Positions 1 through 12,074 of a stretch of 64,000 nucleotides of DNA are shown here, piece by piece. Origin of the DNA: Eledone cirrhosa. Taxonomy: Eukaryota. Made by a program: the position numbers and the translations under genes. Where the stretch lies: positions 25,110,001 to 25,174,000 of the forward strand of contig OZ024747.1 of the NCBI GenBank assembly GCA_964016885.1. Direction: 5' to 3'. How positions within the stretch are numbered: the first letter of the stretch is position 1; every line of letters begins with the position of its first letter. Below the pieces are notes generated by a model. That model did not search any database. It was not told the origin of the DNA and worked only from the letters and a program-made list of their open reading frames with translations.

Positions 1-15
1 TGGCACACTGGCAAA

Positions 16-1000
16 TCTAAATATATAAAACTGAGGTTGTCTGTCTGTCTATCGATTTTTGGCACACATCTCCTCTTAGAATCTCTCACGGAATTGCACC
101 GAAATTGCTATACTTGTACATTGAGCCCTAGCGAAGACATCGGAAAAAAAATATTTCAAATTGACCCGCCCTATCTGACGAAATCGAATATAATGTATCG
201 ATTTTTGAGCGTAAGTGATCAGTTATTTCCCTTTGTTCTGTTTACATTGAGCGTCTTACGTAAAAAATTACGCTGGCTTTCTCAGCGTTTAAAATGACAT
301 TAACACAATACACGAACAGTTGTCGAGCCAGCAAAATATTGACCTGCAAAATTCATCAGTTCGAACACTAAGCTTCCGTTTTGCTTCATTTCCATTTAAA
401 AGCCTTTTAAAACAATATTTTTACTTGAAAACAAGTCTATTTAAAGACGACGTAAAACAAGCAAATATTTCGTCGTTAGGCGTGCAGACAGACAGTCGTG
501 CAGACAGACAGTCGTGCAGAGAGGTGATATACGCGTGCAGACAGACAGTCGTGCAGAGAGGTGATATAGGCGTGCAGACAGACAGTCGTGCAGAGAGGTG
601 ATATAGGCGTGCAGACAGACAGTCGTGCAGAGAGGTGATATAGGCGTGCAGACAGACAGTCGTGCAGAGAGGTGATATAGGCGTGCAGACAGACATAACT
701 GATAATTTGGTTACGCTAATGTTTTTCTCTGCGTTGCAGTGTTTACATTTTCGATCTTTGTTAATAAATAACCAGTGCAGTTTCTATCCCCAGCATCCTC
801 TTTTGTTATAACATTCGGGTTATCGTTATGTTTTCTTAACTTCATAAGGCATATTGTTGGTTGAGGGAATATTAATCAAAAACACCACATGCAAGTCTGC
901 ACAGTAGACACTACAGTTTTTAAGCCAAGAAAGAAACTTAACATTGTAACTTTAACACAGCTACTGAGCGACCCCGAGCAACGCCGGGCTTTACTGCTAG
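16..1000 (+). mobile_element. Non-autonomous Helitron-like element
   Basis: Starts TC (a|TCTAAATATATAAAA) followed by a CTGT microsatellite. Ends with a GC-rich hairpin (cccgagcaacgccggg) about 12 nt before CTAG|t. Inserted between A and T with no TSD. Confidence 0.7.
480..694 (+). repeat. 37-bp minisatellite (about 5.5 copies) inside the Helitron
   Basis: Unit gcgtgcagacagacagtcgtgcagagaggtgatatag repeated in tandem with no unique spacers. Confidence 0.9.
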
Positions 1001-1150
1001 TAGATAGATAAATAGGTAGACAGACAGATTGATAGATAGATAGGGAAAGAGATAGCCAGACAGATAGTCAAACAGCAAGATATATAGATAGACAAACAGA
1101 GAGACAGGCAGACAGACAAATGGGTGGATAGATCAAAATGCACTACTCAC

Positions 1151-1298
1151 CTGCCTGATAATTAACCAACCACATAAGTACAAAAAATACAATCCGTAAC
1201 ATTTCCGCAAGAAAAATGGCTACAGCCAATATTAATCCATATTTATAATTGTGTCTGTCTGTTGATAGAAACTGTAGCATGGCTGGAACCAAGTAGAA
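1151..1298 (-). CDS. ABCC5: ABCC5/MRP5-like ABC transporter, coding exon (TMD1 helices)
   Basis: tttcag acceptor, gtgag donor, 148 nt. Translates FYLVPAMLQFLSTDRHNYKYGLILAVAIFLAEMLRIVFFVLMWLVNYQAG, colinear with human ABCC5 AFMVKHLLEY...TEIVRSWSLALTWALNYRTG. Phase 0 start matches the preceding exon. The gene continues beyond position 1. Confidence 0.85.
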
Positions 1299-1405
1299 CT
1301 GAAAGGGTTAAGAAACACAGGAATATTAATTAATAATAGCTAGTACCAGATTTACTAAGTGAGCTGCAGTCCAGGACTTCATAGTCCTGGAGAGCCCAAT
1401 TGGTT

Positions 1406-1634
1406 TTAACTCTTTAGCATTTAAACCAGCTGTATCCAACCATAATTCTCTCACCTTTTTCTGTTCAAACCAGCCATAACCAGCCATTCATACCAATGTT
1501 AAGGTATTGTTCTCCAAATAAATAATATCAAAATTTCATAGATTCGATATTATATGAGATAATTATGTGAGATAAAGCCTTAACCATGAAAATACAATAG
1601 TAAATATAGAGGAATGTAAATGCTAAAGGGTTAA
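1406..1634. mobile_element. piggyBac-like MITE (about 220 bp); further copies at about 4017-4233, 5758-5972, 6200-6403, 14301-14516, 49370-49578
   Basis: TTAA-CCCTTTAGCATTTA ... TAAATGCTAAAGGG-TTAA termini and shared internal sequence among copies. Confidence 0.75.
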
Positions 1635-2298
1635 ATATATATTAACCTTTTCATTGCCATATTTATAATGAAAGATACTACTTGTGATTTTCAAATAATT
1701 TTGAGAATAATCAAGAATTTTGAAAGCTTTAGCAATATAACTAGCTTTTTCATTTTCAAGTGAGTGGGGTTGGGTGTTGGAACATAACTTAACGAAGGTT
1801 CTTACATAAAACTTGGTAGAAGATATTTAGATAAATATAAACACTTGAAAATAAGGTTTTTCTATCATTGATGCAGAAGTTGTATCATACTAAAAAGGTT
1901 AGAATATATATTAAAATATAGGTGTGAAACATTTTTCTCAAAATTTAGAATATGATAATTGTTATCAAATGCATTGCTTTTTCTTTGGGGAGTCATCTCT
2001 GTTAGAGGTTGACATGGATCAATGTTGCTATCTCACCAGTGTTCTATGTGTAGGCCTATATTTATGTATTTTTAAGTTTCATTACGTTTCATGTAAGCAG
2101 GCATCTAGCCCAATGCTCCTAGTTATTTTGATCTTACTCAGGTGGTAGTACTAACATAGTATTTCACAATAAAGATGTATATGAATCTATATAGAATAGT
2201 TTATGTATAATAAACATGCGTTTAGCTTTGAGTTGAATATTTTAAGCTCCCTCAGAGTTATGGGACCATGCATGCATGCATCTCTCAGATTAAGAAAT

Positions 2299-2489
2299 AA
2301 TTGTTTCTACTTTTGGCACAAGACCAGCAATTACCCAGTGCATTACTGGTACTTTATTTTATCGACCCCGTAAGGATGAAAGGCAAAGTTAACCTCGGCG
2401 GGATTTGAACTCAGATCATACAGGGAGGAAACTCTATGTTTCAAAGCATGGCGTCCGACCCTCTACCGATACTGCCATTCCACCGCCTT
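2299..2489 (-). mobile_element. tRNA-derived SINE with Nin/Deu-like central domain; other copies at about 23520-23740, 37063-37565 (tandem), 41160-41282, 42755-43338 (tandem), 49185-49344, 56077-56190, 63822-64000
   Basis: A-box (TGGCAGTATCGG) and B-box (GAGTTCAAATCC), core GCCTTTCATCCTTACGGGGTCGATAAAATAAAGTACC, AT-rich tail. Flanking direct repeat taagaaataat here; TSD of about 18 bp at 49171/49345. Confidence 0.8.
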
Positions 2490-2657
2490 GCTGATAAGAA
2501 ATAATAATCCTGAAATACATATATACAGCATTCATACACCAGTACTGAGCTAGCTGTGATATAGTCACAGCTTGAAGTACTTAGAGTGAAATTCAGTACA
2601 CACTCATACATAAAAACAATGTTTAAAAAGAAACAGTAAAAAATTCTGTATACACAC

Positions 2658-2802
2658 TGGAGTGAACATCTTGCATATTAAACTCAGAAGTAACAATATA
2701 GTCCCTGCAATCAACTTTCTTTTATTAAACTGCCTTATGACTCGAACCAATGATGCCTTTGATCCTTTCTCCTTCACTTCCTTATTCCAGAGTTTCTCAA
2801 TC
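2658..2802 (-). CDS. ABCC5: ABCC5/MRP5-like coding exon
   Basis: tttgcaag acceptor, gtgtgt donor, 145 nt, phase 2 to 0. Translates (R)IEKLWNKEVKEKGSKASLVRVIRQFNKRKLIAGTILLLLSLICKMFTP, compare ABCC5 RLERLWQEELNEVGPDAASLRRVVW...FSGP. Confidence 0.85.
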
Positions 2803-2887
2803 CTTGCAAATTATTATAGAAAGAAAAATCATAGATTATATATAGGGGAAAGTAGAGGAGAAATATGGGTGAAATATATGTATATAT

Positions 2888-2932
<45 letters not shown>

Positions 2933-2943
2933 TGTATATATGT

Positions 2944-3086
2944 ATCGTATTTATTATAGAAAGGGCTTCTACAGGACTAGAATTGTTTCATTAATATGAA
3001 ATCATCAGGAATACAGTATTCCTGATGATCACATACGAATGAAACAGTTGTAGTCTTGTAGAAGCCCTTTCTATATTAAATATGAT
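2944..3086. mobile_element. Fold-back Penelope-type fragment with degenerate hammerhead motifs in both arms
   Basis: Inverted repeat centred near 3013. Each arm carries CTGATGA...GAAACA...TGTA-GAA. Same family as 17281-17393. Confidence 0.65.
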
Positions 3087-3157
3087 GTTCACACTCTATT
3101 AACGTATTGAATACCTTATTAACTGTGGTTACCCCCGATTTAACTCGGGATCCACAT

Positions 3158-3216
<59 letters not shown>

Positions 3217-3828
3217 GTATGGAGGCAGAAAAAGCAGTTAGACCATTATTCCTCAGAGTACTCAATACTTGGGGTAGTAGAGTGTGTAATATAAAACAAT
3301 TCAGGAACTCGACGGCTGAGCTATGGCCAATTCAACAGCTGGAGCTCAGCCATCGGGGTTCTGAATTTTTTTTAGATATATAGTGTGCCATTCAGTAAAT
3401 TACTGATGATGGTACGAATATGAGTACTCAATGCACAGGCAGAGTGTATATATTAAGGAAAACAACGTTTTGTTAACATATATTTATGTGTTTATCATGT
3501 ATCGACCTGTTACATGTGTTTTGCAGAGAATTGGCTCATGGTCAAGCAAAAAAGTAATAGACCTGATTCCATTATCAATCTGCTCTTCAGACTGGCAATC
3601 CAAATTTTTGTTGTATGTATACATGTATGTATGCATACATGTATGTATATATATGTGTGTGTGTGTGTGTGTGTGCAAAAGTAAACAGAAATAACAAAGC
3701 AAACAACACAGTACAATGAAGAAACATGTTAGTTATATATATATATATATATTCACATGGTGTTAGTTGAAAGTTGCAGAATTTATTAGAAACATTTCTT
3801 TATAATATTGTAAACTTTCATAATATAC

Positions 3829-3987
3829 CTCTCAATATTATATTGAGTAGATTCTGGCTGTGAACAATTCCACCAGTCTGTCTCTTCACCGCCATCTTTG
3901 AAAAGTCTCCAGATCATGTTGGTCAGCCATGAAAGGCTGATGAAAGAGAAGAAACCAACATCGTAGCATGGAATTCTGTTATCTTTC
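3829..3987 (-). CDS. ABCC5: ABCC5/MRP5-like coding exon (lasso/L0 motif)
   Basis: ttctcag acceptor, gtatat donor, 159 nt, phase 2 to 2. Translates KDNRIPCYDVGFFSFISLSWLTNMIWRLFKDGGEETDWWNCSQPESTQYNIER, matching the ABCC lasso motif AGLFSxxTFSWL. Confidence 0.85.
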
Positions 3988-4683
3988 CTGAGAATATATA
4001 AGGTTGAGGTTAAATGGTTAACCCTTTAGCATTTACATTATTCTATATTTACTATTGTATTTTCATGGTAAACACTTTATCTCACATAATATCGAATCTA
4101 TGAGATTTTGATATTATTTATTTTGAGAACAATACCTTAATGTCAGTATGAGTGACCAGTTACGGCCAGTTTGAACAGAAAGAGGTGAGAGAATTCTGGC
4201 CGGATACGGCCGGTTTAAATGCTAAAGGGTTAAAGCTTGCCTGAAGTCCTGAGGCTCATCAAAAAAAAGGAAAGGAGACAATCATCAGATCAAACAAAGG
4301 AAACAAGGTTTCCATTTATATTTCCACTAGCTGAGGTACCTAGCTTCACCTAGGTAAACAGATTACAAGAGAAGACCAATAGAAGAGAAAAATTGGATAC
4401 ATTGTCTGGTTTGCAGGCGAGACCCTGGTGTATGTGTAACAAAAAAAAAACAGTCAAAAATCTTCCAGATACACCAGATTCTTCGTTTTACCATTTGTGC
4501 ACACTGTATGAATCCACAACCTTATGATTGTGAATCTAAAACCCTAACCACAAGGTTTCATTTAAGCCAGAAATTATTCCAATTTCATTGGTGTTAAGTG
4601 ACTGAGAATACAAAACTCTCCTCCTCTGGACAGGGTACCAGTCCATTGTAGGTTCAATCCCCACAGCTGTTGGCACTCATTTT

Positions 4684-4756
4684 AATGTTAATGTGCCGTG
4701 AAAGGTGGATGAAAGAGAAGAGACCAGTACCGTAGAAATTAATTTTGTTATCTTCA
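4684..4756 (-). pseudogene. Degenerate partial duplicate of the ABCC5-like lasso exon
   Basis: Aligns to 3915-3987 (EDNKINFYGTGLFSFIHLSRHINI vs KDNRIPCYDVGFFSFISLSWLTNM). Keeps a cag acceptor, then runs into SINE-like sequence and a stop. Confidence 0.7.
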
Positions 4757-7181
4757 CTGGTAAAATATAATGTAGAGATAATATGCATATGGAAAGGTAT
4801 GGCACAGTGGTTAGGGTGATGGACTCATGATGGTATGATTATGAGGTAGATTCTGGGTCTGGATGCCACATTGTGTCCTTCAATAAGACACTTTATTTCA
4901 TGTCCCTCCAGTCCACTCAACTGAACAAAAAATATCAGTTACAACAACACTGATGCCAAAGCTGTATCGGACTTTGCCTTTCTTTTGGGATAACACCGGT
5001 GGAGAGGAGGAGACTGGCATTTATGGGCTGATCTTCCACAACAACAATAACAACAACAACCACAACTGCTGCAGAAATACCAACATTATCAACAGTAAAT
5101 ACCAACATTATCAACAGCAATCAAAAACAACTAAAGCTACAACATCAAAAATAACAGCAATAGTAGTATCATCAACAGCAACAACAACAACAATGGCAGC
5201 AGCAGCAAACATAACATAAACAACATCAACAACAGCAGTAACAATAATATCAGTAACATCAGCAGCAAATCACTAATAGCAAAAGCTAACATTTACTGAA
5301 CTTCAAGGTCACAAAAACATAGATATAAAAAAAAACAAATAGAAAAAAAAATAATAATAAATAAAAACCAAAAAATACAAGAGGCGGGTTAAAAAACAAT
5401 TTTTATGAAAGCTGAAAGACGATCTCTAGACATAAAGTTTAACAGATTGGGATGTTTATAAATATGGTTCAGCTTTTAATTACAGCATTTAGAGAAGATT
5501 ACAGCAGAAATATGACACATTGGTATGAAAGATTGGTCGAATATGAATTACAGAAAAATGGTTAAGAAGTTCACTCTGCAATTATTAGGTTCTGGGTTCA
5601 TCCTACTCTTGAGTAAATGTCATTTACCATAGTGTTGGGTTAACCCACGTCTTCTGAGTGAAACTGGGTAGCTACAAACTGGTTGCAAGCCCATTGGAGG
5701 AGCTGTACCTATAATTTATAATTCAAAAGGTCAGTCGTGTCACACACTGAGTCATACTTAACCCTTTAGCATTTAAACCGGCCATATCCAGCCAGAATTC
5801 TCTCACCTCTTTCTGTTCAAACTATCCATAACTGGCTGCTCATACTTGTGTTAAGGTATTGTTCTCAAAATAAATAATATCAAAATCTCATAGATTCGGT
5901 ATTATGTGAGATAATTATGTGAGATAAAGTGTTTACCATGAAAATACAATAGTATATATAAATGTAAATACTAATCTACCTGAGGTTATGCCATTGTTTC
6001 AAATGTCTGTGGAATGCTCAGCCACTTACATGTTAATTTCATGAGCAGGCTGTTCCATTGATTGATCAACTGGAATACGTATCAAAGTAATGAAGGTCCA
6101 TTCCATATTCTTTTATTCTTTCATAAAATGCATTCAGTAAACTCTGTGAAGTGCTAATACGATCTATTAGTTGCAGCTTGTAACATAAGAAGGCAGGATT
6201 TAACTCTAACATTTACATTACTCTATACATACTATTGTGTTTTCACAGTAAAGGCTTTATCTTACATAATATCTCACCTAATATCAAATCTATAAGGTTT
6301 TGATATTATTCATTTTGAGAACAATACCTTAACATAAGTTTGGTCGGTTTGAACAGAAAGAAGTGAGAGAATTTTGGTCAGATATGACTGGTTTAAACAC
6401 TAAATTCAGAACATACAAAGCCAGATCAGACGTTGCAAAGTAATCTGTTGGACCCATTAACAATTCTGCCAATCCACAACCCCTAGACTGGTACTATAAT
6501 TATCAAATCTAAAAGAATGGAAAGCAAAATTGACCTCAGCATGATTTGAACTCAGAGTGCAGTGATCTGGAAAAAATACTGAGATTCTAATGAATCTGCC
6601 AATTCACCCCCTTAGAAACATTTAGGAAGTTTAAAATCTGTCCAAAGCTCACAAGGTTCCTTTGTCACTAACGTTTTTGACACCAAGCTGCTTTTAAAAT
6701 ATTTATATTTATCAAAAAACCTTCCATTATGTTTTATATAAGAAACTTTAAGCTATGTTCCAAAACACCAGCTTAATAATGAGAAAGGTAGTAATATTCC
6801 TAAATCCCTCTAAATTCTTGATTATTTTCAAAATTATCTAAAAATCATAGACAGTGTCTTTCATTAGAAACACAGTATGTCTGCATATTTATCGAGAAAC
6901 TTCCCATCATAATTTTATGTCAGAACCTTTGTTAAGTTATATTCCAAACATCAGCTTAATAAAGAGAAATTTAGTTATATTACTAAATACCTCCAAATTC
7001 TTGATTATTTTCAAAATTATTTGAAAATTACAGGTAGTGTCTTTTATTTTCTATTTGGTAAGGAAAGGGTTAAGGGACTGAGAGTAAATAACATCCCCTG
7101 AAAAAAATTATATCAAACAGCAAAGAAATTAATTAATTAATTAATTAATTAAAACAAGAAAATATGATTGTGTAAACTCAC

Positions 7182-7270
7182 TGTTTTTCACATCGGAAAG
7201 GAAGAAGAATTTTAAAGTAATTGATCTTTTCCCTGTCCTTTGGAGAATCTGGAGTTTTCTTGGAATCCAT
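7182..7270 (-). CDS. ABCC5: ABCC5/MRP5-like probable first coding exon (exon acceptor boundary at 7290)
   Basis: Polypyrimidine tract plus cag acceptor at 7291-7292, ATG at 7270, MDSKKTPDSPKDREKINYFKILLPFRCEK(Q), gtgagt donor in phase 2 matching the next exon. LxPFR resembles ABCC5 LKPIR. The frame is open upstream of the ATG, so a further coding exon is possible. Confidence 0.75.
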
Positions 7271-8012
7271 GATGAAGGAAGAAACTCCACCTGAACAAGG
7301 AGAAAAAGAAAAGTAGGAAATGAAAAAATATTGAAAACATTACCAATAACATCAGACATGTCTGGAATAAATGGTAATTAGAAGAACTTCCAGTGTACCT
7401 GCATTACACTCTATAAAGTAGTAGTGCTTGAGCCACAATAAAATTCACTAAGAACACACAGTACATAGGCAGTACTGATGCCACGATTAAATGGACCCAG
7501 TACACTCTGTAAAGTGGTTCATGTTAGGATGGGTATCCAGCTATAGAAACCGTGCCAATGAAACTACAGTTTTAATTTTCATTAAGTTTGTTGTGATCAG
7601 GAGTTTGAGACCCCAAATTCCCTCTAGCCTAGGGTCACTAGTTACATTAATCTGGCCCTGGTTCTGAGTGTCACCTCTGTTTTTAATTTTCGTTAAGTTC
7701 TTACAAATGGTTGCTAGGCTTACCCAAATGTTTTCTAATGCAGGGCCTCTAGCCTGACCTGTCAGGGTGAGATATGTCTCCAACACCATTGAGATAAGCA
7801 GTAACACATTGGAGGTAGGGAAGAGGTCCAAACAAAGAGTGGGGGGGGGGGGGGTAAATTAAAAGAAATAATTAAGAAAAATGGAATAGTTTCACTTAAC
7901 ATTGGTTAGCTGGAAATGTCAGTGTGACTGTTGTAGACATATACACACACATACACACATACACACATGCACACACACATACATATATATATATATATTT
8001 ATATATATATGC

Positions 8013-8250
8013 TTGATTGGATGTGTAATAGTAATATACACGAAAGGCAAAACATAAACAAACTAAGTGAGAAATTAGGAATAAGAGGGATCAAATGCTG
8101 TTTACTTGAGAGGAGATTACGTTGGTATGGTCATGTGATGTGCATGAAAGACGACAGCTGTATAAAAAAGTGCAGGGTGATCAAAATTGATGGGAGTTAC
8201 CGAGTAGGTAGACCCAGAAAAACCTGGAACGACTTGATAAAATCTGACCT
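8013..8250 (+). mobile_element. RTE-clade LINE ORF 3' fragment
   Basis: Translates WMCN...LSEKLGIRGIKCCLLERRLRWYGHVMCM...GRPRKTWNDLIKSDL, the typical RTE C-terminal motifs. Confidence 0.8.
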
Positions 8251-8590
8251 TGCATGGGTCCGTGTTCGAAAAAGTTTGAGAAACCCTGGACTAGTGGCAA
8301 AAGAAAGGAAACATCTTTCAAGGACATTATTCAAGGCAGTAAGAAGTGAGACACTACATCTGGCTCATGAGACAAGATGAATAATGTGTTTGACTCATTG
8401 AGGGAGGGGGGTGGGGGATGCTTCACTCAGAGACACAACATCAGACTCATCTAATTTTGTACTGTTGTGTAGGAGTTTTGTTGCCTATATCGGTGGGCAG
8501 CCCCTAATAGGTATGATGTCATGGAGAAAGGGGCTGAAACACACACAGAGTTACTTCACCACCTGCTTTCGGAGACTAAGTACACTTGTG

Positions 8591-8646
<56 letters not shown>

Positions 8647-8778
8647 TAGGAACAAGTAATATATATATATATAGGAACAAGTAAGACCCCATTGTTCCTA
8701 TTACCCACTCTACTACCCTAAGTATTGAGTACTTTGGTGCGTTATGGTCCACCTGGTTCCTTACCACATTTGCTTCGT

Positions 8779-8810
<32 letters not shown>

Positions 8811-8950
8811 GGTTTGAGGTTCACCACTGTATAGAGCTGGTCTATTCCGTATGGTCAATTGTAATGCAATAATATAGAGAGTACTCAACGTAAAGCAGTT
8901 CAACCGTCTTTGTTTTTGTAGTTGGTGGTGCTATTACGGAGTTAAATATT

Positions 8951-9288
8951 ATAATGAAATGACAGGAGGCTGGATTTGTGTAAATCCTTGAAAGGTTTAT
9001 TATACTATGATCATTTCAATGACCGGGTTCCGTATGAATCCGGTGATATCATCAGGTATTCGAAATATAATACTCCAGGGCGACCGGCTGAGGTTGAAGG
9101 AACAGAATAGCGGTCGCCCTCGGGTCTCGATTTTCAGCCCCATGGATTTTACCTATTACATTCACGTATTATATTTCGAATACCTGATGATATCACCGGA
9201 TTCATACGGAACCCAGTCATTGAAATGATCATAGTATAATAAACCTTTCAAGGATTTACACAAATCCAGCCTCCTGCCATTTCATTAT
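8951..9288. mobile_element. Fold-back Penelope-type fragment (arms of about 123 bp)
   Basis: 8951-9074 is the near-perfect reverse complement of 9166-9288. Followed by a (TA)n tract. A hammerhead motif lies in each arm. Confidence 0.75.
9180..9237 (+). ncRNA. Minimal type I hammerhead ribozyme motif (mirror copy 9002-9059 on the minus strand)
   Basis: ATAC-CTGATGA-[long stem II]-GAAA-TGATCA-TA-GTAT. Stem I ATAC/GTAT; palindromic TGATCA stem III as in dimer-forming Penelope hammerheads. Confidence 0.65.
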
Positions 9289-9596
9289 ATATATATATAT
9301 ATATATATATATACTTATATATATATATATATATAAAAAAAAAAAAATTTTTTAAAACACAGTCCACGCTGTAATGTGGCCGTGTAGGTAGCACAGTAAA
9401 AACCTCCTAGTTCCACACTGTAAATGTGGTTGGTGTTAGGAAGGGCATCCAGCCGTAGAAAACCCGCCAGACAGTCCTATGCGAGCAAAACAACCACTCT
9501 TGCCTCAAGTGGGAAAATTCCCGTCCAAACCCATGCGAGCGTGGAATATGGATGATGATGATGATGATGATAATATATACGTATATATATATATAT

Positions 9597-10370
9597 CGTC
9601 ATCATCATCATCACCGTTTTACGTCCGTTCTTCCATGCTAGCATGGGTTAGACGGGTTGTCCTGTTGCGGGCAGTGTCCGGTCGGCTGACCTTGTCTTGC
9701 TCATACGGAAACTGATTCTGGCTTGATTTCTACAGCTGGATGCCCTTCCTAACACCAACCTCATTTACAGTGAGTGCTGGGGGCTTTTTTCCCGTGGCGC
9801 CTACACGTCCACTTTACAGTATGGGCTGGGTGCTTTTTTGCCATGGCACCCCCACAACCACTTTGCAGTGGAATGATAGGGACTGGAGCAATGTGAAATA
9901 AAGTGTCTTGCTCAAGGAAACAACACATCACCCGGTCCAAGAATTGAACTCACAACCTTACAATTGTAAACCCAATGCTCTAACCACTAAACCATGTGCC
10001 TTCACATGTGTGTGTGTGTGTGTGTGAGTTCAGTTCTTGGACCGGGTGATGTGTTGTTTCCTTGAGCAAGACACTTTATTTCACATTGCTCCAGTTTACT
10101 CAGCTGTAGAAATGAGATGATAGGACTGGGGTCCCTATCATTCCACTGTAAAGTGGACATGTAGGCGCCACGAAAAAAAGCTCCCACCCAGCCCACACTG
10201 TAAATGAGGTTGGTGTTAGGAAGGGCATCCAGCTGTAGAAATCAAGCCAGAATCAGTTCCCGTATGAGCAAGAGAAGGTCAGCTGACCGGACACTGCCCA
10301 CAACAGGATAATCTGTCTAACCCATGCTAGCGTGGAAGAACGGACGTAAAACGGTGATGATGATGATGAT
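9597..10370. mobile_element. Inverted pair of tRNA/CORE-type SINEs with RTE-like (GAT)n tails; further copies at 10454-10773 (+) and 50052-50378 (-)
   Basis: 9597-10003 (-) and 10025-10370 (+) are reverse complements around a (TG)n spacer. CORE-like CCTTGAGCAAGACACT, tail GGACGTAAAACGGTGATGATGAT. Confidence 0.75.
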
Positions 10371-10770
10371 ATATACATATATATACATCCCACCCTTGCA
10401 AGCAGGGAAAAGCGGACGTAAAATGATGATGATGATTATATATTATATATATTAGTGGTTAGAGCATTGGCCTTGCAATCGAAAGGTTGTGAGTTCAATT
10501 CTCAGACCGGGTGATGTGTTGTTTCCTTGAGCAAGACACTTTATTTCACATTGCTCCAGTTTACTCAGCTGTAGAAATGAGATGATAGGGACTGGGGTCC
10601 CTATCATTCCACTGCAAATTGGTCGTGGAGGTGCCACGGCAAAAAAGCACCCAGCACTCACTGCACATGAGGTTGGTGTTAGGAAGGGCATCCAGCTGTA
10701 GAAATCAAGCCAGAATCAGTTCCCGTCCCACCCTTGCAAGCAGGGAAAAAGCGGACGTAAAATGAAATGA

Positions 10771-10879
<109 letters not shown>

Positions 10880-10887
10880 TATATATA

Positions 10888-11395
10888 TTAGACGAATTGC
10901 CCGCGCCTTGCAGCGTTTCACACATTTTTTTTGTAAGAAAATTAAGAAAATGATGATTGATTTTAAATATAATTTATGGAGAAAAACTCTGCATTTCAGT
11001 ACCAGTAATGTATTGGGATAATTGCTGGGCTTGTGCCAAAGTAGAAACAATATTACTCAATGTAAAATGTAATGCATGAAAAATTGGAAAATATTATTTT
11101 TTGTAATATATCAAATCAAAATTACATTATTAAATCTTATTTTTTTTCTTTTTTTTGTAAATAATTTTTTTCAAAATATCAATTCAAAAGTTTTGTGAAT
11201 AGGCATCATATCTTGTATTTACCTATAATTTAAATTTCATATAAATCGAAGGGATTTTGTGCCCCCAGGGAACCCTTTGATTAAAATGAAATATACTTAT
11301 CCAAGTACCCTGGGCAATTTAGTTTCAGAATATATATGGTTATGGGGGTCTATCTCCAAAACCATAGGAGGAGTTCATGAACAAACAACAAAAAT
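10888..11395 (-). mobile_element. Possible Helitron/HINE-like non-autonomous element
   Basis: Minus strand ends with a GC-rich hairpin (cgctgcaaggcgcggg) followed by ...GTCTAA; AT-rich interior. Confidence 0.4.
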
Positions 11396-12074
11396 GTCTA
11401 ACCCATGCTAGCGTGGAAGATGGACGTTAAACGATGATGATATATATATATATATATATATATAGCCGATTGTGCATAATATATGCAGACAGATGGTGCA
11501 GTGCACCTTACTGCTGCATTAGTGCTGCAGAAACTTGAGTCCGGGAACCTTATAGGCACCCGTTTTACGTGTGTTGTGTTGAGGCAAATAACTATATGTA
11601 TACTCTGGTAATGTATCTTACATTGCCCATTGAGTGCGCTGAGATACAACCGGTACTGGCATTGATAAATATGCTGGGTCCGTCAACCCTTATTATATAT
11701 ATATATATATAATGTATGTAAAAGGTAAACAGAAATAACAACACAATCGGTACAGTATATGGAAGGGATATATTAAGTTAACACTTGAAATAGCAGGAAG
11801 AGAGTTTTAACGTTTCGGATGCTAGTCCTTCATTAGAAGAAAGAATGAGAAATAAGATAGATTGAGGGGGCGGGCGGAGTGGAATTGGAAAAAATGTCTT
11901 TAGATAAAAATAACAGGTCCATATATATATATATATATACAGAAAGAGAGAGAGAGAGCGAGAGAGAGAGTGAGAGAGAGTGACAGTAGATAGATATAGA
12001 TAGATATAAAGAGAGAGAGAGGGGGAGATGGATGAATAAACAGACAGAGAGACAGATATACTTGGATAGAAAGA

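Noticed and set aside
2380-2489. tRNA-like A/B boxes here and in other SINE heads
   Set aside because: No complete cloverleaf. Always attached to SINE bodies and tails, so not tRNA genes.
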